Sequence record: SRR22947725_2346
Reading direction: 5' to 3' (one strand)
DNA: 32,039 bases
A program made the translations under genes and the position numbers. Within the stretch, counting starts at the first letter, position 1; each line of letters starts with the position of its first letter. A model generated the notes under the pieces. It was not told the origin of the DNA. It made no database searches and was given only the letters and a program-made list of their open reading frames with translations. This document shows positions 8,979 to 17,661 of this stretch, in pieces.

Positions 8979-10367
8979 GTGGAAGACAAAATTGCAGAGT
9001 TGATGGCAAAAGTTGCTGAACTCGAAGCAAGTGCTGGTGTTACTAACACCATGTTTGCTGAAACATATTATTATTTAACAATTCCGTTAATGATTATTAT
9101 TCATGCTGGTTTTCTAGCATATGAAATGGGTTCATCTCGTGCCAAAAACGTATTATCATCAGGTGTTAAAAATATTTTAGCATTCGCGTTTATGATACCA
9201 ACTTTTTACTTTTTTGGTTGGTGGGTTTATTGGGGTTTCCCAACAGGTCTAACACTTAGTGAAGGTCCAATGGGCATTTCTGGATCTGAATATGCAAATG
9301 CAATAGCTTGGGGTTGGGGCGAATCCGCTCAATACATGGGACCAAACATAGCTGATAATGCTTCAGGTGTATTCTTTGGTGCGTTTGCTTTATTTGCAGC
9401 AACTACTGCATCTATTATGTCAGGTGCTGTTATTGAACGTATACAAACTGTCGGTTTCGTTATCTTAGCAGTGGTTCTAGGTTCATTTGCTTGGGTTGTT
9501 GCAGCTGCTTGGGGCTGGCACGCTGATGGATGGTTAGTAACCAAATTTGGCGTACATGATTTCGGTGCCGCTGGACTTGTTCACGCAGTAGCAGGATTTT
9601 TTGCTTTGGGTGTTTTAATAAATCTAGGTCCACGTATTGGAAAATTTAATGCTGATGGTTCGTCTAACCACATAGCTGGTCACAATATGCCATTAACTGT
9701 AACAGGCTTAATGCTTATTATTGTTGGATTTTGGGGATTTTTGATGGCCTGTGTTATTGTTCCAGGTGAAGCTTGGTCATGGTATGGTGATAAAATGTCT
9801 ACAATTTACGGCACTCCAATTACTTTGTCAGCGCTATCGTTTAATATTCTGATGGCTGTTGCTGGCGGTGTGATTGGTGCATGGATATGGACAAAAGATC
9901 CATTTTGGATGATGTCTGGCGCTCTAGCTGGAATTATATCAACAGCTTCTGGCTTAGATATTTATTTTCCAGCACTAGCATTTATAATCGCTTTCAGTGC
10001 CGGTGTTATATTACAGCCATGTGCAAATTGGCTTGAACGCCGAGGCATAGACGATGCAGTTGGTGCAGTAACCGTACATGGAACCATCGGCCTTTATGGT
10101 GTCGTTATGTTAGGTGTTTTTGCTGCAGGTTATCCTGCTTTGGATATTGCAGATGCACCTACAGTGACACTTTTTGGTCAAATAGTTGGTGCGGTTGTCT
10201 TCTTCCTACTGGGCTTTGTTCCAGGTTATGTTGTGTCATTTATTTTGAAAAAAATGAATATGCTGCGTGTACCAGAGCATGCTGAAATTGCTGGAATGGA
10301 TACAATTAAAGTTCCTGCTCAAGGCTATCCTGAAGGTATCGTAGCATCACCTGCTGCGGCTGAATAA
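8979..10367 (+). CDS. amt: Ammonium transporter (Amt) family channel, divergent; possibly transports methylated amines
   Basis: About 11 hydrophobic helices. Motifs SGAVIER, HDFGAAGLVH, LGPRIG, GHN, IDDAVGAVTVHG and C-terminal LRV..AEIAGMD. GTG start after GGGAGG. Confidence 0.9.
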   Translation: MEDKIAELMAKVAELEASAGVTNTMFAETYYYLTIPLMIIIHAGFLAYEMGSSRAKNVLSSGVKNILAFAFMIPTFYFFGWWVYWGFPTGLTLSEGPMGISGSEYANAIAWGWGESAQYMGPNIADNASGVFFGAFALFAATTASIMSGAVIERIQTVGFVILAVVLGSFAWVVAAAWGWHADGWLVTKFGVHDFGAAGLVHAVAGFFALGVLINLGPRIGKFNADGSSNHIAGHNMPLTVTGLMLIIVGFWGFLMACVIVPGEAWSWYGDKMSTIYGTPITLSALSFNILMAVAGGVIGAWIWTKDPFWMMSGALAGIISTASGLDIYFPALAFIIAFSAGVILQPCANWLERRGIDDAVGAVTVHGTIGLYGVVMLGVFAAGYPALDIADAPTVTLFGQIVGAVVFFLLGFVPGYVVSFILKKMNMLRVPEHAEIAGMDTIKVPAQGYPEGIVASPAAAE

Positions 10368-10389
10368 TTTAATATGAAAGGAGAAAACC

Positions 10390-10563
10390 ATGGGTTTTCC
10401 ATATGATGAGGCCGCTTGGTCTGTAGTTGATGGCGCAATGTTTATGGGGTGGGGTACAGCAATGCCTGGTGTATACACTTTTATAGCAGCTGTAATATGT
10501 GCTTATGTTTTATGGGCGGGCAATCGTTCTGAACATAAAAGATTTACTAAAACAAAGAAATAA
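10390..10563 (+). CDS. 57-aa single-pass membrane microprotein (not in ORF track)
   Basis: AAGGAG SD, then MGFPYDEAAWSVVDGAMFMGWGTAMPGVYTFIAAVICAYVLWAGNRSEHKRFTKTKK*. It starts 22 nt after the amt stop and ends just before a terminator. Confidence 0.85.
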   Translation: MGFPYDEAAWSVVDGAMFMGWGTAMPGVYTFIAAVICAYVLWAGNRSEHKRFTKTKK

Positions 10564-10576
10564 ACAAAAAACACTT

Positions 10577-10606
10577 AAAGGGCTGCTTTTTTGCAGCCCT
10601 TTTATT
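10577..10606 (+). terminator. Intrinsic terminator closing the amt-microprotein unit
   Basis: AAAGGGCTGC-TTTTTT-GCAGCCCTTT followed by TATT. Confidence 0.8.
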
Positions 10607-10666
10607 GCCTCTAAGGAATATTTTTTTAATATCAGTCTTGCTTTTTGTTGAATTATGAGTCTCTAT
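10605..10666 (+). promoter_or_regulatory. Putative dmmD promoter with upstream regulon box
   Basis: Box TTGCCTCTAAGGAA (10605-10618), 19 nt, TTGCTT (10638-10643), 17 nt, CTCTAT (10661-10666); resembles the alphaproteobacterial CTTG..CTATAT promoter pattern. Confidence 0.5.
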
Positions 10667-10724
10667 GTCCGTGAATCGCAAAAATCAATAATCATATACT
10701 CACATCACTTTAAGGAAAATAAAA

Positions 10725-11870
10725 ATGGCAATAATATGGAGACATTCTGCTTTAGCTCATAGACATGCAGAAATTGGTGGTCAATTAGACGATTGGAATG
10801 GCATGGGGACTGCTTGGTTCTATGATGACACTTCAGAGAGAGCTCAAGCTGATTATGAAGCAATAAGAACAAAAGCTGGTTTGATGGATGTATCAGGTTT
10901 GAAAAAAGTTCATTTAGTAGGACCAGATGCAGCATATGTTATCGATAGAGTAACAACAAGAAATGTAGATAAAATTGGTGTTGGTCGATGTACATATGCA
11001 GCTATTTTAAATGATGATGGAAAGTTTATCGATGACTGTGTGATTTACCATTTAAATGTAAACCAATGGATGGTTGTACATGGTACTGGGACGGGAATGG
11101 AACAGCTTACAACGGTTGCAGCTGCAAAAAATTGTGCAGTCCTTTTTGATGATGATCTACATGATATGTCTCTTCAAGGGCCGGTAGCTATAGATTTTTT
11201 AGCCAAGCATATTAAAGGTATCCGTGATCTTGCATATTTTGGTGTATTGCACACTAAATTATTTGGAAAAAACGTCATGATTTCTCGTACGGGTTACACT
11301 GGTGAGCGTGGATATGAGATTTATGTTGCAGCGAAAGATGTTGTGCATGTTTGGGATAACATCCTTTCAGATGGCGAAGATATGGGCATTAGGCCAGTTC
11401 AATTTTCAACATTAGATTTACTAAGGACTGAAAGCTATCTTTTATTCTATCCGGGCGATAATTCTGAAACATATCCTTTTGATGATGAAGTTTGTGGTGA
11501 TACTCTATGGGAATTAGGACTTGAATTTGTGGTTTCACCAGGAAAAATTGGATTTATTGGTGCTGAAAATCATTATGCTTCAGAAGGTAAAGAGCGCTTT
11601 AAGATTTATGGTGTTTTATTAGACGGAACTACACCTGCTGATGAGGGTGCTGCACTGCTTCAGAACGGTGAAAAAGTTGGAGATGTTACATTTGGTATGT
11701 ATTCAAATGTAAATAATCATAACGTTGGTATAGCTAGAATGCCAGTTGATGCTGCAACGCCAGGCACTGTCTTAACAGTTCGCAACAATGATGGAACAGA
11801 AATTTCATGTACTGCACAAGAAATGCCTTTTTATGATAAAGATAAATCTATTCGTGAAGCAAAAGGTTAA
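10725..11870 (+). CDS. dmmD: Dimethylamine monooxygenase-associated aminomethyltransferase (GCV_T family)
   Basis: GcvT motifs MDVSGL, IDDC, LQGP, SRTGYTGERGYEI, LRTES. First gene of the dmmDABC arrangement. Confidence 0.85.
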   Translation: MAIIWRHSALAHRHAEIGGQLDDWNGMGTAWFYDDTSERAQADYEAIRTKAGLMDVSGLKKVHLVGPDAAYVIDRVTTRNVDKIGVGRCTYAAILNDDGKFIDDCVIYHLNVNQWMVVHGTGTGMEQLTTVAAAKNCAVLFDDDLHDMSLQGPVAIDFLAKHIKGIRDLAYFGVLHTKLFGKNVMISRTGYTGERGYEIYVAAKDVVHVWDNILSDGEDMGIRPVQFSTLDLLRTESYLLFYPGDNSETYPFDDEVCGDTLWELGLEFVVSPGKIGFIGAENHYASEGKERFKIYGVLLDGTTPADEGAALLQNGEKVGDVTFGMYSNVNNHNVGIARMPVDAATPGTVLTVRNNDGTEISCTAQEMPFYDKDKSIREAKG

Positions 11871-11874
11871 AATA

Positions 11875-11906
11875 ATTTATGGCGTAGAGAAATCTACGCC
11901 ATAAAT
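11875..11906 (+). other. Perfect 14-bp RNA hairpin with GAAA tetraloop between dmmD and dmmA
   Basis: ATTTATGGCGTAGA-GAAA-TCTACGCCATAAAT; no U-tract follows on the + strand. Confidence 0.8.
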
Positions 11907-11947
11907 AATTATCAAATCTATAAATAATTAGGGAGTATTTAAATTAA

Positions 11948-12556
11948 ATGACGATTTTTAAATTTCCAGAATCCATAAAAAGTCGACCGACATATGGAAA
12001 ACTTGAGTATCGTGAAGGTAAATCATATCTTTTTATTGCAGACGCTGATGGTGCAGAAGCGATAATTGATTTAGCAAACGATAATAAAAGTTTGATGGCA
12101 AAATCACATATCATATACATACCTAATCAAACTGGTGATAAATATATATCCAAATTAGATAAATTAGATATTTATCAACTGTATATTGGCCCGTCTTATT
12201 CTGCGGCCCAATCTAGGATAATACAAGCATTTGAGCAATCTCATATGGGATTGCAAGTATATTTAGCAGGTACAGAAGGGCTGATTGGACAGGCTCTCCG
12301 TGATGCTATGGCTGCAGGAATACCACATACATTTATTCAATCTGAACATAGAGGATCTGTTGCGCGTAGAATGCAGTGTGTTCATTGCAAAGGCATAACG
12401 GAAGACGTGATAAATGATCCATTTGTTTGTTCACATTGTGGGTTAAATCTTTTCGTTCGAGATCATTATTCTCGTAGGTTGGCTGCTTTTCAGGGGGTTT
12501 GTATAGACGCTGAAGATCCAGGAAATGTACCAACGTCAGTGGAGTTGTATAAATGA
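11948..12556 (+). CDS. dmmA: Dimethylamine monooxygenase subunit A
   Basis: SIKSRPTYG N-terminus, YLAGTE, C-terminal CVHC...CSHC metal ribbon, VRDHYSRRL. ATGA-coupled to dmmB. Confidence 0.87.
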   Translation: MTIFKFPESIKSRPTYGKLEYREGKSYLFIADADGAEAIIDLANDNKSLMAKSHIIYIPNQTGDKYISKLDKLDIYQLYIGPSYSAAQSRIIQAFEQSHMGLQVYLAGTEGLIGQALRDAMAAGIPHTFIQSEHRGSVARRMQCVHCKGITEDVINDPFVCSHCGLNLFVRDHYSRRLAAFQGVCIDAEDPGNVPTSVELYK

Positions 12557-13515
12557 GTGGATCAGAAAAAATAAACGTAAAAGTTTCAAATGTTGTACCA
12601 TTAAATGATTTAGTTACACGATTTGAATTTAAACGCACTGATGGAAAATTGTTTCCTACATTTTCGGGTGGTGCTCATACAGTAATAGAACTCAAAGATG
12701 GTGATATTACTAGACGCAATCCATATTCACTTATGTCTGACCCAATGGATCAAGAAGGCTATTCTATTTCAGTTAGAAGAGACGATGCGGGCAGGGGTGG
12801 CTCATTATTTTTACATAATAATGTAAAAGTTGGAGATGATGCAGTACTTAGCCATCCGGTAAATCTGTTTTCATTAGATCTTCGAGCAAAAAAGCATTTA
12901 ATGATTGCAGGTGGTATTGGAATTACACCATTTATGGCACAGATAAAGCAACTAGATCGAAGTCACGGCAATTGGGAACTCCATTATAGTGTTCGCAATC
13001 CCAAACTTGCAACTTATGTTGATGATTTAATATCTATGCACCCAAATGATGTGAATGTTTATTATGATGACCATAAAAATTTCATTGATATCGTAAATCT
13101 TTTAGATGGCCAGCCTCTTGGTACTCATCTTTATATTTGCGGACCAAAAGGTATGATTGACTGGGTTGTTGGTGAGGCCAAAAAATTAGGATGGCCAAGT
13201 GAAGTTATTCATTTTGAAGAATTCTTAGCTCCAAAGCCTGGCGAACCATTCCAAGTGAAATTATCTGCTTCCAATAAAGTAATTAATGTTGGCGAAAATG
13301 AAAGTTTGCTTGAGGCAATTGAGCGCGAGGGTGTTGATGCTCCATATTTATGTCGTGGTGGCGCCTGTGGGCAGTGTGAAACTTCTGTGATTGAAGCTGA
13401 TGGTGATTTTGTTCACAGAGACCACTGGTTAGAAGACGATGAAAAATTATCAAGAAAAAAAATTATGCCATGTGTTTCCCGATTTAGTGGTAAAACTCTT
13501 GTATTAGATAGGTAA
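12553..13515 (+). CDS. dmmB: Dimethylamine monooxygenase reductase subunit (PDR/VanB type: flavin/NAD(P)H domains plus C-terminal 2Fe-2S)
   Basis: NPYSL, GRGGS, AGGIGITP, YICGP, HFEEF, CRGGACGQC...C. Confidence 0.9.
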   Translation: MSGSEKINVKVSNVVPLNDLVTRFEFKRTDGKLFPTFSGGAHTVIELKDGDITRRNPYSLMSDPMDQEGYSISVRRDDAGRGGSLFLHNNVKVGDDAVLSHPVNLFSLDLRAKKHLMIAGGIGITPFMAQIKQLDRSHGNWELHYSVRNPKLATYVDDLISMHPNDVNVYYDDHKNFIDIVNLLDGQPLGTHLYICGPKGMIDWVVGEAKKLGWPSEVIHFEEFLAPKPGEPFQVKLSASNKVINVGENESLLEAIEREGVDAPYLCRGGACGQCETSVIEADGDFVHRDHWLEDDEKLSRKKIMPCVSRFSGKTLVLDR

Positions 13516-13520
13516 ATGTA

Positions 13521-14594
13521 ATGACAATTCAATTTAAAGATGAAACTTTTCGCAATGATTATACATTTAAAAATTCTGATTGGGCCATAAAACGATTTCC
13601 GTTCCCCTTTCATGAAGATAGTTACATGTATTCTGTAAATATGGAACAGCATAAAGGTGGTCCAGAAGGTTCAATTTACGAAAAGCGCTTTGATGTTGAT
13701 GAGCATTATTTATCAGAAATGCACGATCGAGCTCAAGTATTAAGGGACGATCCATTACGCTGCCAATCGCTGCCAAATATGACTTTAGCTGGATGGGATT
13801 TATTAGAATTAATAATGGTGTCAAAGTCGGAAGATTATCCTGATTTATTCGAATTACACCGTGATGGTCATAAATGGCGTTGGATAAATAAGCCGATGAA
13901 AATTGATGATACCTTTACATTTCTTGATGATGCTACGCTACCATATGGACCAATGGAGTATATTACTCGACAAACACAAGGTGATTTTGTAGTTCTTGAC
14001 CAAAGAGAAAATAATCTTTGGATGGATGCTGGAATGGTGACAACACAAGCTGATTGGTCATTAGATTTTGATATAGGCATGAACTTTTTTGAATGGCATG
14101 CGCCTGTTCCAAAGGCACATGAAATGGGTATTTTTACTCGAGCACTAAAATTTTTATTAAATATTCAACAGGGTGCACCAGCTAGACGACTAAACTGGAC
14201 AATGACCGTAAATCCATTGTTAGATACAAGCCCAGAAAATTATCATAAATGGGGTGTCCAGAAAAATACTTTAACACCAGAAAACATTGGCGAGAAGCAG
14301 CATTTGCGCGTAGAGTTGCAAACGTTTTTTCGTTTGCCAAGGTCAAATGCCTTAGTTTTTCCTATTAGATGTTACCTGGCATCATTCGATGATTTAATGA
14401 CTTTTCCAAAGTGGGGGCGTCGCTTGCATAGGGTAATACGTGATCTTCCAGAAGAGTTAGCAACATATAAGGGTTTCATAGATAACCGTCCAATGATGTT
14501 AGATTATCTTTCTAAGTATGATGATGGTAAAGTGACATCAAATGGTATTTGGCCAGACGATGAAACTGAACCAAAATTAGATCATGTAACTTGA
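13521..14594 (+). CDS. dmmC: Dimethylamine monooxygenase heme subunit (heme-dependent oxidative N-demethylase, DUF3445)
   Basis: QGDF, ADWSL, EWHAPVP, RRLNWT, LRVELQ..RLP, FPIR motifs, plus operon position. Confidence 0.88.
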   Translation: MTIQFKDETFRNDYTFKNSDWAIKRFPFPFHEDSYMYSVNMEQHKGGPEGSIYEKRFDVDEHYLSEMHDRAQVLRDDPLRCQSLPNMTLAGWDLLELIMVSKSEDYPDLFELHRDGHKWRWINKPMKIDDTFTFLDDATLPYGPMEYITRQTQGDFVVLDQRENNLWMDAGMVTTQADWSLDFDIGMNFFEWHAPVPKAHEMGIFTRALKFLLNIQQGAPARRLNWTMTVNPLLDTSPENYHKWGVQKNTLTPENIGEKQHLRVELQTFFRLPRSNALVFPIRCYLASFDDLMTFPKWGRRLHRVIRDLPEELATYKGFIDNRPMMLDYLSKYDDGKVTSNGIWPDDETEPKLDHVT

Positions 14595-15202
14595 GGATAT
14601 GAAATAACTGACAAGTATTTTGCTGGAAGTTTTTTTAGGTTTCCAGGTCCATGAGGAGCGTCAGCATCAAAAAATAATGTATCGCCAGGTTCTAGTGTAT
14701 AAAGATTATCTCCATGGCGATAATCGATTTCACCCTCAAGCATGTAAATAGTTTCTATGCCGTCGTGTTGAAATGTTTCGAATGTGTCAGACTCACTTGT
14801 TAGTGAGATTAGATATGGCTCCACAATCACTCCACTTGAATTGCCACCAATGTGGCCCAACAAGTTATATTGATGGCCTGCACGTGTTCCAGCACGTTCA
14901 AGTTCAACGCCTTCGCCAGATTTTGTATGTTCAGCGGTTCGGGAGCTTTCGTAGCCTCGAAAAAAAGCAGTTATTGGTACCATTAATGCGTCAGCTAATG
15001 TCTGAAGTGTATTTAGTGATGCTGACGTATTTCCATTTTCAATTTTGGAAAGCATACCTATTGATAAACCGGTTGAAGCTGCTAAATCGGCAACAGTCAT
15101 AGTTCGCTGACGGCGATGAGATTTAACCTCACGACCTATGGCAAGTTCTAGTACTTTTTCACGAGGTTCTGTGATTCGGTGTGGATTTTGTTCTAGTTTC
15201 AC
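14582..15202 (-). CDS. XRE-family HTH plus cupin transcriptional regulator
   Basis: LAASTGLSIGMLSKIENG..S.SL HTH and cupin HDGIE..YMLEG...GD..FFDADAPH. GTG start; 3' end overlaps dmmC by 13 nt. Confidence 0.9.
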   Translation of the reverse strand: MKLEQNPHRITEPREKVLELAIGREVKSHRRQRTMTVADLAASTGLSIGMLSKIENGNTSASLNTLQTLADALMVPITAFFRGYESSRTAEHTKSGEGVELERAGTRAGHQYNLLGHIGGNSSGVIVEPYLISLTSESDTFETFQHDGIETIYMLEGEIDYRHGDNLYTLEPGDTLFFDADAPHGPGNLKKLPAKYLSVISYPQVT

Positions 15203-15483
15203 AATTTTAGTTTCTTTGTTGATTTTTAATTACCCTTATTTGCAAAAATTAAAAATATACATAGCTTTATTAATGACTTAGTAAATATAAGCACATTTTT
15301 AAAAAAAATACACATATTTTTTCCTTGAATTAAATAAATATAACTAAAATGAAAATATATCAATAAATTGTATAATTTTACATCAAAAGGATACTTTTAA
15401 TGTCAAAATTGCACATAAAAGCGACTTAAACCACCTAAATTACATAAAAATGTAAAAAAAATCGCCCCTATGAATAAAAAAAC

Positions 15484-15512
15484 TTGATTGATAGGAAAAA
15501 AATACTAAGAAT
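15484..15512 (+). promoter_or_regulatory. Putative tmoX promoter
   Basis: TTGATT-N17-AAGAAT about 100 nt upstream of tmoX. The first 14 nt (TTGATTGATAGGAA) weakly resemble the regulon box. Confidence 0.35.
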
Positions 15513-15612
15513 GCATCTACTACATCCCAATTTAGAAAAATAAATGGAACAACCATTTAATTAAACTAACAAATTATTACGGCAACGTCCGTTATATAAC
15601 TCGGAGGAATAA

Positions 15613-16554
<942 letters not shown>

Positions 16555-16581
16555 GGTTCAGTAATTTATATTAAAATTATT

Positions 16582-16615
16582 AACCCTGCCTGTATAAATG
16601 GGCAGGGTTTTATTT
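16582..16615 (+). terminator. Hairpin/terminator between tmoX and tmoW
   Basis: AACCCTGCC-TGTATAAATG-GGCAGGGTT followed by TTATTT. Confidence 0.75.
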
Positions 16616-16632
16616 AAAGTGAGTAAAAAAAT

Positions 16633-17661
16633 ATGACAAATTCAAACCCAGTAATATCTTGCAAAAATGTTTGGAAACTTTTTGGATTTGCACCAGAAAA
16701 ATACCTCAAAAATCTCCCAGAAAATAAATCATATGAAGAAATTCAAGCTGATGGTTACATCGCAGGGGTCAAAGATGTATCTGTTGATGTATTTAAAGGT
16801 GAGATGCTTGTAATTATGGGCCTCTCAGGATCTGGTAAGTCCACACTTTTGAGATGCATGTCACGCCTTCATGATATTACAGGTGGGACGATTGCTATAG
16901 ATGATCAAGATATTATGTCACTCGAAGAAAAAGAATTAATTGAATTGCGTCGAAATAAAATGGGTATGGTATTCCAAAGTTTTGGCCTTCTTCCTCATAG
17001 GTCTGTATTGGAAAATGTAGCTTTCCCTCTAGAGATGAGAGGGCAAAATAAACATGATAGAAGAGATCGTGCATTGGAAGTTATAAAGCTGGTAGGTCTT
17101 GAAGGCCGAGAAGATTACTTCCCAAGAGAACTTTCAGGTGGCCAACAACAACGTGTTGGAATCGCGCGCTCGCTAGCTATTGAACCAGATATTTGGTTTC
17201 TTGACGAGCCATTCTCTGCATTGGATCCACTTATAAGGCGAGAAATGCAGGATGAATTTCTACGCTTACAAGATATGTTAGGTAAAACTATTATTTTCGT
17301 AACTCATGATTTTGATGAAGCGCTTAGACTTGCAGATAGAATTGCAATAATGAAAGACGGTGCGATCGAACAGTGTGATACGCCTGATAAAATTGTGCTA
17401 AACCCAGCAACTGAATATGTTGCTAAATTTACACAAGAAATAGATACAGCGCGAGTAGTTCGCGCAAAGACTTTGATGAAGCCAGGAAATAAGAAATCAA
17501 TTTCTGGACCTGCATTATCAGAAAACGCAACAATTCAAGAGTTAGCAAGAACTCTAATTAACGATACGCGAAAAGAATTTCCTATTCAAAATGAAAGCGG
17601 AAAAATTACTGGCACTATGAACAGGCAAGAAGCTTTGGAAGTTTTGCTGGGAGATGAATAA
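16633..17661 (+). CDS. tmoW: TMAO ABC transporter ATP-binding protein (ProV-like)
   Basis: GLSGSGKST Walker A, LSGGQQQRV signature, LDEPFSALDP, THD; degenerate CBS-like tail. Confidence 0.88.
   Translation: MTNSNPVISCKNVWKLFGFAPEKYLKNLPENKSYEEIQADGYIAGVKDVSVDVFKGEMLVIMGLSGSGKSTLLRCMSRLHDITGGTIAIDDQDIMSLEEKELIELRRNKMGMVFQSFGLLPHRSVLENVAFPLEMRGQNKHDRRDRALEVIKLVGLEGREDYFPRELSGGQQQRVGIARSLAIEPDIWFLDEPFSALDPLIRREMQDEFLRLQDMLGKTIIFVTHDFDEALRLADRIAIMKDGAIEQCDTPDKIVLNPATEYVAKFTQEIDTARVVRAKTLMKPGNKKSISGPALSENATIQELARTLINDTRKEFPIQNESGKITGTMNRQEALEVLLGDE

Noticed and set aside
52-11870. Glycine cleavage T protein or dmdA calls for the two GCV_T-domain proteins
   Set aside because: No gcvH or gcvP nearby; the DUF1989 fusion and the position before dmmABC fit tdm and dmmD.
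15410-15426. Possible NtrC site (TGCAC half-site) upstream of tmoX
   Set aside because: The second half-site does not match GTGCA and no sigma54 GG-N10-GC element was recognised.
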